The translations under genes were made by a program, and so were the position numbers. From Isurus oxyrinchus (taxonomy: Eukaryota): DNA of 64,000 nt. Positions within the stretch are counted from its first letter, which is position 1. Each line of letters starts with the position of its first letter. Below the pieces are notes generated by a model that worked only from the letters and a program-made list of their open reading frames with translations, was not told the origin of the DNA and did not search any database. Where the stretch lies: the NCBI GenBank assembly GCA_026770705.1, contig JANJGN010000017.1:110050001-110114000 (forward strand). Reading direction: 5' to 3'. Below, in pieces: positions 52,526-62,639 of the stretch.

Positions 52526-53174
52526 CTAAAAGGAAGAGAACAAAACACACATCTGTCAGAAATTGCCAACGCCCCTTCCTCCCAGCCCCCACCTTCCCGA
52601 GGGATATATCTTCTCAAACAATTTCTGTACTTTACCACGAATTGTGTTCACAAGATGGGAAGGCTTTTAAAATGAACTTTATTGTGTGACACTTAACCGT
52701 GGTAGGTGTAGATTTACGCAAGATGCAGCTGTATATTAAAAATATTGCCCTAGGCTAGTCGAGGATGAGGGCAAAGGAGTTAAGATTAAAGATACTTTTC
52801 AAAGGTGTATTTCCAAGCAACTTTCTGATGAAATGTGAGTGGAGTTAAAGATTCTCAACTTTATACAGGACTCAACTTCACAAGAGGAGACAGTCAATTT
52901 CCCTGTTGAATGAATAACCAGGTTGGCCACAACAATTGCATTCGGTCATTACAAGTGTTCACTCGCAATAATTTGCTACATATCCTGTGTATGTTCAATC
53001 ATCAAGGAGTATTTTTCATGTGATAATGTTCTTTTCTCTTGCTGTCGATCCCTTTTTGAACACACATTTTCCCAGTCAGAGAGCAGCTAACCTCTTCCCA
53101 AACCTCTGCTAATGTAGTAGATGGTCGCTATGCTCATTGTTTCTCTGAATTTTCCTATTGCATTCCTGTCGAGC

Positions 53175-53391
53175 TGTGTGCAGGCAAAAAGCTTCCCAAA
53201 AAGCTTAGACAAGATCAATGAATAGGAGAAGCATGCACTGACTTCTGTCAAACCCTTGTTTATATCACCAACAAAAATGTTTTTTCATGAGCGCATGGAA
53301 ATATTTCTCATGGCTTGCTTGGCTTCATTTGTACTTTATTTCTACTTCTTGGAGCTTCAAGCAAAAAAAATAACATTTGGTTGGGTTTATC
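53175..53391. repeat. Right arm of ~220-bp inverted repeat flanking DKK4 exon 3
   Basis: tgtgtgcaggcaaaaagcttcccaaaaagct...cttcttggagcttcaagcaaaaaaaa is complementary to 51519-51739. Confidence 0.92.
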
Positions 53392-54477
53392 CTACACACT
53401 CTGCCTCCCCCTCTGTCCTACCTCAAAATCACTGCTTCTCAAGCGTTCAAACTCCTTAATTTTCTCAGATCTTCCTTCCTCCAATAGTCTTTTGGCGCTT
53501 CCAAACTTAATAAAGACCCTTGATTTTTTCTCCCTCCTTATGATGAAGCTATGCTTTCTACCTTCCCGAAAGGCAGATGTGACAATTAAATCCATGGTCA
53601 CCAGTTTTGCTATGCATTCTCCCTTCTTTACTCTCAAGTTGTTGCATCTTGTAGAAACATAAGAAAAGGAGATGGCCATTCGGGTCCTCAAGCCTGTTCT
53701 GGCATTCAATTAGATTACAGTATAGGATTCTCCCTCCAATCGACAATATTAACTTCCTTTCTGTAGTGACTTTAACATAAAAACAATACCAAAATATTTC
53801 ATGAAGAACACAAAAGGAGAGATTGGGGATTGAATACCTGATTTAAAATGAGGAGAGAGAAGTGGAGGGGGTTTAGCAAATTGGGTCTAGGCAACTGAAA
53901 GCTCTACATGCAATGGAGAGGTAAAAGGGAGGAGACAACACTCAAAAGGTCAGAGTTAGAGAACCAAAGGATGTCCTGATATGTGTAGTTGGAGGTGGTT
54001 ACAGTTCGAGGTCAGATAGGAAAGATCATGGAAGGATATGAAGACATGAATGAGGTTACATTGATATTCTGGAAGTGGAAGAGTCAGTGGAGTGGGGGTG
54101 TTGGGGGGTGGGGGGCGGGGGGTTGGGGGGGGTGGTGTGGCAAGGGGCAGATTATTTGGGAATGGAAGCATTTCAACCATATGAAAACAGCTACTTGTGG
54201 CCTGAACTTACTTTCTACACAGGACGTTGTGCCTGTCACTAAATCCAATCCAGCCTTGTGTCACTAGATACCATGATGAGACACAGATTTGCTAGTAACT
54301 CAAAACCAAATGGTACATTTGAAAAAAACCCTCTGCTGCACTGAGGCACACTGCAGTCTTTTAAGTAAAAAAATTAAATAAATAACAGTTCACATTTAAT
54401 ACCTTCTGTATGTGATATGCAATATATAGTAAGTGTAAAGCAATCACCTGATAGTGTAAACATCTTGTTGTCCTAGT

Positions 54478-54691
54478 AAACAGAATTACCTGGAAAAACT
54501 CAACAGGTCTGGCAGCATCGGCGGAGAAGAAAAGAGTTGACGTTTCGAGTCCTCATGACCCTTCCACAGAAGTCATGAGGACTCGAAACGTCAATTCTTT
54601 TCTTCTCCGCCGATGCTGCCAGACCTGCTGAGTTTTTCCAGGTAATTCTGTTTTTGTTTTGGATTTCCAGCATCCACAGTTTTTTGTTTTT
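54478..54691. mobile_element. PLE-derived fold-back insertion in DKK4 intron 2
   Basis: Same family with inverted arms. TSD tgttgtcctag (54466-54476, 54697-54707). Confidence 0.78.
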
Positions 54692-56302
54692 ATCTCTGTT
54701 GTCCTAGAGCTTGGTAAATGTGCACTGATGGGAGTTTCTAACTCCCAGTTACATGACATCTGCTTGAGATTTTTTAGCGCTACATAATTTTCCATCCTGG
54801 TATGTCTGTATGCATGTAGTTTGAAGAGGGATCCCCAGTTGTAGTTGCAAATGAGGGCACTTGTTACCTCATATCTGGAACACATTTCAGGGTACAATGG
54901 TATTGCACCGGGGGAGTTGATTGGTCAAACAACATACAGCACCTTAAGCTTTCTGTGGTGTAAGAGGTAATAAAACTGCAAAATTAAGTAACTTTAATTT
55001 TAAGACAGGGGTAGGATCATAGGTGAGAGTGAAACCACATCAGCATGTTTCAACTATAATTGTTTCTAAAGCTAAATTTGATGATTGACATAATCCCAGG
55101 CAGATTGCATCAGTGGAGAGACCAGCAATGCTCAATGGTAAAGCAGCAGAGGCAGTGGGACCAGCCGCACTTGTAGGCAAATCAGTGTATTGTAATTATC
55201 TCTCACCTGCACCTCCCACCCTATTAGAGGTGGTCTCCATTGGCAGGAAAGTGTAAGTGCAATGTGAAAAGTTTGCATATTCACTATAAGGTGGCATTTA
55301 TAATGGAGACAATGTCAGGAATATGTACAGATGTATGATTTTAAATATCTTACATCATTCTCATCCCTCAATATATATTTTATATGCTTGGAAATTTCAA
55401 AAATACACGCAGTTAATAAATTTTGCATGATATCTGTGCAAAACCCAAGTTTCTCTACCAATTGCTGAAGTATCCATTGCTTCATTTGCCAATTGCACTT
55501 AGAAGTGAAAAACAGTTTCAACACTGTCTCCTGGAAAAATCTAGGTACAGTGCTAACAAAATTCATCCTAGCAAGCAGTTTTTCCTGTGAATGGAAAGTG
55601 AAAGAAGACAGCTGTCTGAATTTAGCAAGTTAAGATTGAGCTGGTTTCAAAGACAAATCAGACCCTTGCTGCATATTTTTCTTTATAGCTTTAAAGTTTT
55701 CATAGGCCCTATCACTCTGCCTGTAGTGCAGTTCGTACTTCAGCTGCATCCTCAAGGTTGGTATGGCCGTCCATTACATTCATCAGTGTAACAGTACTGT
55801 TTTACCTCATTAAGTTTCTCTCCTATTGAAAGATTTGGGCTCCTTGCTGGAATACAATACAGTGGGAGGCAGGGAGGCTTTAGTGCTCTGTCCAAATAGC
55901 TATATCACAGAGCTAATTGCTCCAGTCCCTTATTTCAAGAACCTGTGCCAGGTAACCAGGTAACATTATCATTCCTCCCTGGCTGAGATGAACTAGCTCA
56001 CTAGGAATCTTTCCGGGATGTATATTTATCTCTGTTTGCAGCCTCAAGTCTATCCAAAAGACACACTGATTACATGATAGTGGAATGTGTTGCTTTCCAG
56101 CACTGCATTGGAAAAGTTATTTGCCGCATGCTGAGGGTTAAGCTTGTTTTTTAATGACCCATGTTAATTATGCTTTTGGCTTGACAAAACCCATTTCTGG
56201 GTCTTTAAGTGTAACAACTGAATGTACCTAAAAGGAATAGGGTATATCTTGGTTGAAGATGAATTGATTAGAGAAGAGTGGCCATGAACAAGAAACATCC
56301 TA

Positions 56303-57180
56303 AGGGTTACTATTGATCAGAAGCTTAACAGGACCAGCCAGATATGTACTGTGGCTACAAGAGCAGGTTAAAGGCCTGGAATTCTGTGAGTAACTCACCT
56401 CATGACCCCCCTAAGCCTGTCCACCATCTATAAGGCACAAATAATGAATGGAATGGAATACTCTCCACTTGCCTGGATGAGTGCAGCTCCAACAACACTC
56501 AAGAAGCTCAACACCGTCCAACACAAAGCACCCCACTTGATTGGCACCCCATCCACCAGCTTAAGCATTCACCCCCTCCACTGGTGCAGCAGTGTATGCC
56601 ATCTTCAAGAAGCAACTCGCCAAGCCTCCTTCAACAGCACCTTCAAAACCCATGACCTCTACCATCCATGAGAACAAGGGCAGAATACACGTGGGAAAAC
56701 CACCACCTTCAAATTCTCCTTCAAACCACACAACACCCTGACTTGGGACTTCTTTTTAATTTATTCATCCAGGGGATGTGGGTGTCGCTGGCTAGGCCAG
56801 CATTATTTGCCCACCTCTAATTGCCCTTGAGAAGGTAATAGTCAGCAGCTGCAGTCCTCGTGGTGTAGGTACATCCACAGTGCTGTTAGGAAGGAAGTTC
56901 CAGGTATTGACCCAGTGACAGTGAAGGAATGGTGATATATTTTCAAGTCAGGATGGTGTGTGGCTTGGAGGGAAACTTGCAGATAGCGATGTTCCCATGC
57001 ATGGCCGTTCCTTCACTGTTGCTGGGTCAGAAACCTGGAACTCCCTCCCTCACAGCACTGTGGCCGTACCTACACCACATGGACTGCAGTGGTTCAAGCA
57101 GGCTCAGCACTACCTTCTCGAGGGCAATTTGCGATAGATAAGAAATGCTGGCCTTGTCCATGAGTGAATAAAAAAAAACA
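56303..57180. mobile_element. LINE 3' fragment (+) with an antisense copy of its own tail inserted (about 56752-57002)
   Basis: LSTIYKAQIMNGMEYSPLAWMSAAPTTLKKL. The + copy breaks after ctgacttggga and resumes at gccgttccttcactg. Confidence 0.75.
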
Positions 57181-57330
57181 AAAGAAAGGAGAGCAGGGAC
57201 TGAAATGCCAAGGGATCAGAGATAGAATTATTGATTGCTTTGTTTTTTGAATCAGCAAAGCTGGGGACATAAATCCCAAAACAAGAAAAAGCTACTCAGT
57301 ACTACTTATTTTCCTACTTACTGAGCAAGC

Positions 57331-57546
57331 ACTGCATGATTGGAGAGACAGTACTGAGTGGTTCACTGTAGGTGGGGCAATACTGAAGGATCACTACAAT
57401 ATCAGAGGGGAGGGAGTGCCACACTGTCGTGGCTGGGGGCAAACTGAATAAGTGTTGTCAGTGAGGCAGTAGTAAGGACGCACTGCACTGTTGGATGAGC
57501 AATACAAAGAGAGCATTGCACTTTTGCAGGAGCAATACCAAGGGAT
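57331..57546. repeat. Degenerate ~30-33-bp tandem repeat
   Basis: Recurring cagtactgag/caatactgaag...gggagtgccacactgtc-like units. Confidence 0.5.
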
Positions 57547-57547
57547 C

Positions 57548-57919
57548 ATATAAAATTCTGACAGGGCTGGATAGTCTGGATGCAGGGATGATATTTCCTC
57601 TGACTAGAGTGTCTAGAACAAGGGCTCACAGTCTCAGCATACAGGGTAGACCAGTAGGACTGAGATGAGGAGAAACTTCTTCACTCAGAGGGTGGTGAAC
57701 CTATGGAACTCTTTACCACAGAGGGCTGTGGAGGCCAAGTTATTGAATATATTTAAGAAGAAAATAGATAGATTTGTGGATTCTAAAGCCATCAAGGGGT
57801 ATGAAGAGAGCACGGAAGTATGACATTGAGATAAAGGATCAGCCATGATCATATTGAATGGTGGAGCAGGCCCGAAGGGCCGCATGACCTACTCCTGCTC
57901 CTATTTTTATGTTTCTATG
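57548..57919 (+). mobile_element. CR1 3' end
   Basis: tataaaattctgacagggctggatag...ggcccgaagggccgcatgacctactcctgctcctatttttatgtttctatg. Confidence 0.8.
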
Positions 57920-59364
57920 TTGGAAAGGCTGTACTCACCTCAAGTAAGCTGAAGACACTGATGGAGTATACAGAACAGACTTTAATCAAATACAGCATTG
58001 ACTTGATTTTGGCTTCTGCCTCTCGTTTTGAGTCCTCTGAAGAATACTTGAAAATCAAACCTCCTGTACACCTGAGTTTGTCCACTTCAAAGGTACGTAT
58101 CACCTTGTGATGTATCTACTCCTGAATCCTCTGAAAACAGTCTATTCATATAAACGATTGCAGTTGTTTCAAAGATACTTCTGTCAACCAAGACTACTTG
58201 ACTCAACTGTTCTTGAATCCTTTGAGAAGTAGGTTTATTAATCACCTTTCTATACTATAATTAATAGATCCCTCTGCCTATACACCAAAAAAACCACTCA
58301 TGGCTGATGTTGCCTTTTTATTTCCACTTCCTTACACAATTTCTTGTTGATAATACTCAGAAATTTGAAGCAGAAGATAAGCCATACTTTCTTCTGTTGA
58401 ATCTTACTGCTAACCTGTTTACCTTGGACAACCGGTGCTCCAAGATACAAAGAAGTCCAGTTATTAACCCATAACTTGGCAGGATGCTCAACAGTGGCCA
58501 CTTGGACCTTGGTAGCCTGAAAGGCAGGTTTTACTGAGGGGGTCGCTTCATTGTCTAGGAGGCAGCACTCAGAGAATGAAAGAGCTTGGTTTACTGCTGA
58601 TGTATTGACCCCTGAGCTATGTCACATTTGCAGTCCAACCCTCTTCACCCATGTAAGTAGCAGATTTGCTGCACTATGTACCGCAAACTTCTATTCTCCT
58701 CCTGCCAGCCACTGATTGTTGGCTGAGCTGCCACTTCTTTATATTTTCCTTGCTCCTAAAGATTTCCGTTAAAAGGCAGGACTTATAGAGCAAATTAAAA
58801 ATAGTTGCATGATGTACCAATTCTGTGCTTAACAGAAGATGGAGTATGGGATCAGCTAATTTATTTTAACCGTTTCTCTCCAGGTGACTTTGGTTTCCAA
58901 TCAGTTTGATGGTTTGACACTGACTCCATTCCCTCAGTCTCTGATGAACCATTTCAAAAGTGGATCTTGAGCAAGACAGTGGTTGGATTTGTGGCCCTCA
59001 GCGAACAGTGAGAAGGCAACACCAGACAACATGGAATTGACTTTCTGACCTGCAGTATTTTGAACACTGATGTTCAGATGCCAAACAGAAATGGATTATT
59101 CTAGCTTTAAAATAATGACAGTCAGAAAATCCAGCCATTCAATTACCCAGCAGTGACCTAAGGAGTCAAGTTCATACTTGACACCAATATTATTTGGAAT
59201 CATCCAGCTTCACCACAGGAGGACTGACACACAGCAAACAGCTGGAGCCAGTTTGGTCTGGAGTCCTTTCAGGCTGTAATGCAAAGTGAGCCTACTTCAC
59301 TATAACATGGCACAATAACAGTGATGTTTGGTGAAACAGCATGCTGCTGTTGTTGAATTATTAC

Positions 59365-59515
59365 CATTTAAACAGTGGCTCCCTGAGCAGCACATTTCAT
59401 TCCGTCGGCAACGTCTCCTTAGTCCCCTGCAAGCAGAGCAGATGGGTTGCTCATGATGGGAAGTGAGGCAGAATCTCCCAGGGCCACAGTCAGGATCTGT
59501 CAAGCACTGAATCTC
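59365..59515 (-). CDS. DKK4: DKK4-like exon 2, cysteine-rich domain 1
   Basis: ttttcttcag|EIQCLTDPDCGPGRFCLTSHHEQPICSACRGLRRRCRRNEMCCSGSHCLN G|gtaata. 151 nt. CRGLRRRC is as in human DKK4. Confidence 0.95.
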
Positions 59516-59847
59516 CTGAAGAAAAAATCAAAAACATCATTTCAGTGAAAATTAGATTGGAGCTTCAAATACAGCAGAGGTTAACATTTGTGTGGGGAAT
59601 AATGGAACGCAAGAAAGGGAGTGGGGGATCCTGCAGTGTAATGTTAATGAGGGAATAGTAACCTACACACTTCAAACCTTCTCCAAATATACCCATTCGA
59701 TCCCCAGGAAACTTGTAATTATCTGGACTGGCCCCTAACTCCCCATTGTTGCAACCCAACCTGACCTATTGGTTTGCAGGTTGTCATTGACTTTAAGCCA
59801 AATGATTAAGCTGCCCTTACTCTAGTGCAGTTCCTTAGGTTTGAATA

Positions 59848-60108
59848 GTGTTTGATGGAATATTGTAAGGAGAGTTTTAATCTGTACCTAACCTGTACTG
59901 TACGTGCCCTGGGAGTGTTTGATGGGGACAGTATAGAGGGAGCTTTACTCTGTATCTAACCCTGTGCTGTACCTGTCCTGGGAGTGTTTGATGGGGACAG
60001 TGTAGAGGGAGATTTACTCTGTATCTAACCCCGTGCTGTACGTGTCCTGGGATTGTTTGATGGGGATAGTGTAGAGGGAGCTTTACTTTTTATCTAACCC
60101 ATGTTGTG
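59848..60108. repeat. 69-bp minisatellite, about 3.8 copies
   Basis: Units at 59848, 59915, 59984 and 60053: gtgtttgatggggacagtgtagagggagctttactctgtatctaaccccgtgctgtacctgtcctggga. Confidence 0.9.
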
Positions 60109-60429
60109 TCATTGCTGGCTCCAGGGAAGATGAAATTATCAGTCTGAAAGAAAACTAGCAGGCCACATGAGACCCCCTGCTATTAGAGCCGATTGTTAAA
60201 GACCGTCATTCAGGCAAGTTGAAGAAATAGGGCCCCTTACACTTCCTGCTCAATTGGAAGAAAGTTGTGGCCTTTAGTGGTTGGTATCAGCAAAATAAAC
60301 CTAGGAGATCTGAGAATTTCAAAAAAAAACATGAGCACTGCAGAGGCAAGCACAACAGTTTTGAAATCAGACTTTAACTAGAAATAGTGGAAAGTACCAG
60401 TCATCCCCAAAGCTCTTCTGTCAAAGGTA

Positions 60430-62330
60430 ATTCGGGAAACACATTTCCTAATGCGCCTACGCGAAAACTCTTGATACTTGTCGGCAACCTGGGGCCCATT
60501 GAAATGATAGTCCACCGAGGGAGTCCGGGTCTTTGGGGTAAGATTCCATAGCAACAAATTGCAGGGCGAAGGTTTATCTGTGCGGCCGCTGGGTGGTGCT
60601 GTTTATGCGAGTTCAAGGTTGGCCCCAGCGCAATGCTGGAAAAGCCAGCTCTCCCATCCACAGTAAGCACATCCAGTCGAGCGCTTTTAGTCCTGTGCAG
60701 TGAAAGTTCCCGGAATTACACCGATCGGTCAACTGCTGCCCGGATTGTGCTATTCTCACCGCTTAAACAGTTGACAGTCTGGGTGCGATTATTATTATTT
60801 TTTTTTTATTTTATTTTACGAAGTGACGACAAAGGCTACATTTTTCGGCTAGCACATTTGAGGGGCAGGATCTCACCTGCTGGGGACACAGATCCCGCCA
60901 CTGTACGGCCAGAAATGGACGGGAAATGAGCGCATTTTATTCCCGGCTGCGCCTATCACCACCACCGCGCTGACCAGAAGAGACTGAGTTAGACTGGTAG
61001 AGCAGAAATTATGCTTGAAATCCGGGTGTATGTGCTCAAGTTAACCCCATCCCCCAGCTCGCCGTGTCGAATCGATTTGACGCTAAAGAGTTGTGCAGAG
61101 ATTTTTTTTTTTGTTTCCCCATTTGGTAATGGGGTTACAGAGCTCAGACACCAGCATGGACCAGCTGGGCCGAGTGGCCTGTTCCTGCCTGGTGGGCAAA
61201 ACGTGGACGAATGCGGAACACGGTAAACCAGCCTCTGGAAGAGAATTCGGGGTAAAAATAAATCTGGAGGTGACACTGTGGGGGTGGGGGGGGGGGGGCT
61301 GCAGGAGAGAGAGTGAGAGAGAGAGGGAGGCCAGAGGTTAATTCAGGATTTGTAACGCCCAGTTTAGCTTATTTCCGAGGGGGAAGGGACCCAGAAGGGA
61401 GACTGAGTGGCTGGTGGCACAGCTCCGACCTGCTCACATCCCCCCAGCGCTTCCCAAATAATGTGTTTCTGTCATTTCACGCGTAATAATGATCCAGGAG
61501 GTGCTGTAGCTAGCCTCGCGATGCACAGGTTAGAGAGAATCTTAACCCCACGTGTTTGTGGAGGGAAATAGGATTGAATAAGCAGGGATAAAGACAAAAA
61601 AAAAACTGCAGATGCTGGAAATCCAAAACAAAAACAGAATTACCTGGAAAAACTCAGCAGGTCTGGCAGCATCGCCGATGCTGCCAGACCTGCTGAGTTT
61701 TTCCAGGTAATTCTGTTTTTGTTTTGAATAAGCAGGGGTTGGACCGACAGGATTCGTGTTTTGTGCTCTTTTCCATTGCTGTAGAGGATCCAGTCCAGGT
61801 GCTGGTATGCTATATACAGATATTAAAAAAAGGATCGACTAACTAGAATCTGGCCAAATTGTATTATCTTCATTAAATCTTCTGCCTGCCACTTTTTTTT
61901 TCCAGACTATTGTATTCTCTGTTGTGCTGTTTGTTCTTCGTGTTATCTCGCATTTGCTCTCACCCGTACTCGGCACCTTCTTGCCGTGTCTCTCTCTTTC
62001 TTGGTCCCTCTCTTTCCTCTCGTTCTTTATTTTGCTCTCTCATGTTGCTCCCCGATTCCGTCTGTATCTCACTGACTCCGGCTGCCTCTGGCTCTCTCTC
62101 TCTCTCTCTGTGTGCCTGTCTCTCGTTCAGGTTCTGCTGCGACCAGATCGGCGCTTAGTTTCGACAAACAAATGCCGGTTGCAGTTCCATACTGCGTCCT
62201 TTTAAACTGACCACATCACCCACCCCCCACCCCGTTCCTCCTGACTTTCAGAATGTTGGAGCTCTCTTGCTGTACTCTTCCAGATTCATTTATTTGGGAC
62301 CGCGCTGCCTGGCGGAATCCGATTACAAAG
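60430..62330. promoter_or_regulatory. CpG-rich region 5' of DKK4 exon 2; probable promoter / first-exon region
   Basis: Visibly higher CG dinucleotide density than the CpG-depleted flanks; largely non-repetitive; TCF/LEF-type TACAAAG near 62324; two GTGAG donor-like sites on - (60876, 61963). Confidence 0.5.
61588..61723. mobile_element. Short PLE-derived fold-back insertion
   Basis: 51-bp perfect arms centred on 61675 plus ~36-nt tail. 14-bp TSD ttgaataagcaggg (61574-61587, 61724-61737). Hammerhead segment absent. Confidence 0.78.
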
Positions 62331-62639
62331 GAGCTTTTTAACAGTGTAGATGGGAAAATTAACAGGATGCCGGCAGGGTAGGACATAGGCTCTGGTGTGA
62401 TCATCCAGTGGATTGCAATTTGGACATCCCAGTTACAGACCCCTCTTTGGGAGAGTTACAGCAGTAACTGTTGGAGTCACAACTCCTTCATTTTTACTGA
62501 TCGTGACTATCACTGCAATGTTCTGCAGGTCTGGATGTTCGAGGGTGTTTATATAATAGGGGCCAATTCACTAGAGAAAGAATCTTTCAAAAATGACGGG
62601 ATGCCCTCGGAGACAAAATGAACTTTCATTTGGAAAGAC

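Noticed and set aside
59848-60108. CRISPR-like array
   Set aside because: Units are contiguous with no unique spacers, and the context is eukaryotic.
60877-60900. 24-nt AG...GT bounded micro-exon on - (WRDLCPQQ)
   Set aside because: In phase with exon 2, but no similarity to Dickkopf N-termini and no compatible upstream exon; left as an unresolved candidate only.
61910-62205. Hydrophobic + strand ORFs or an acceptor for a neighbouring gene such as VDAC3
   Set aside because: Low-complexity CT-rich sequence with no recognisable protein similarity.
62216-62404. Minus ORF MITPEPMSYPAGILLIF... downstream of a TATATAAA, as DKK4 exon 1
   Set aside because: Weak hydrophobic core, no NxI motif and no convincing phase-0 donor.
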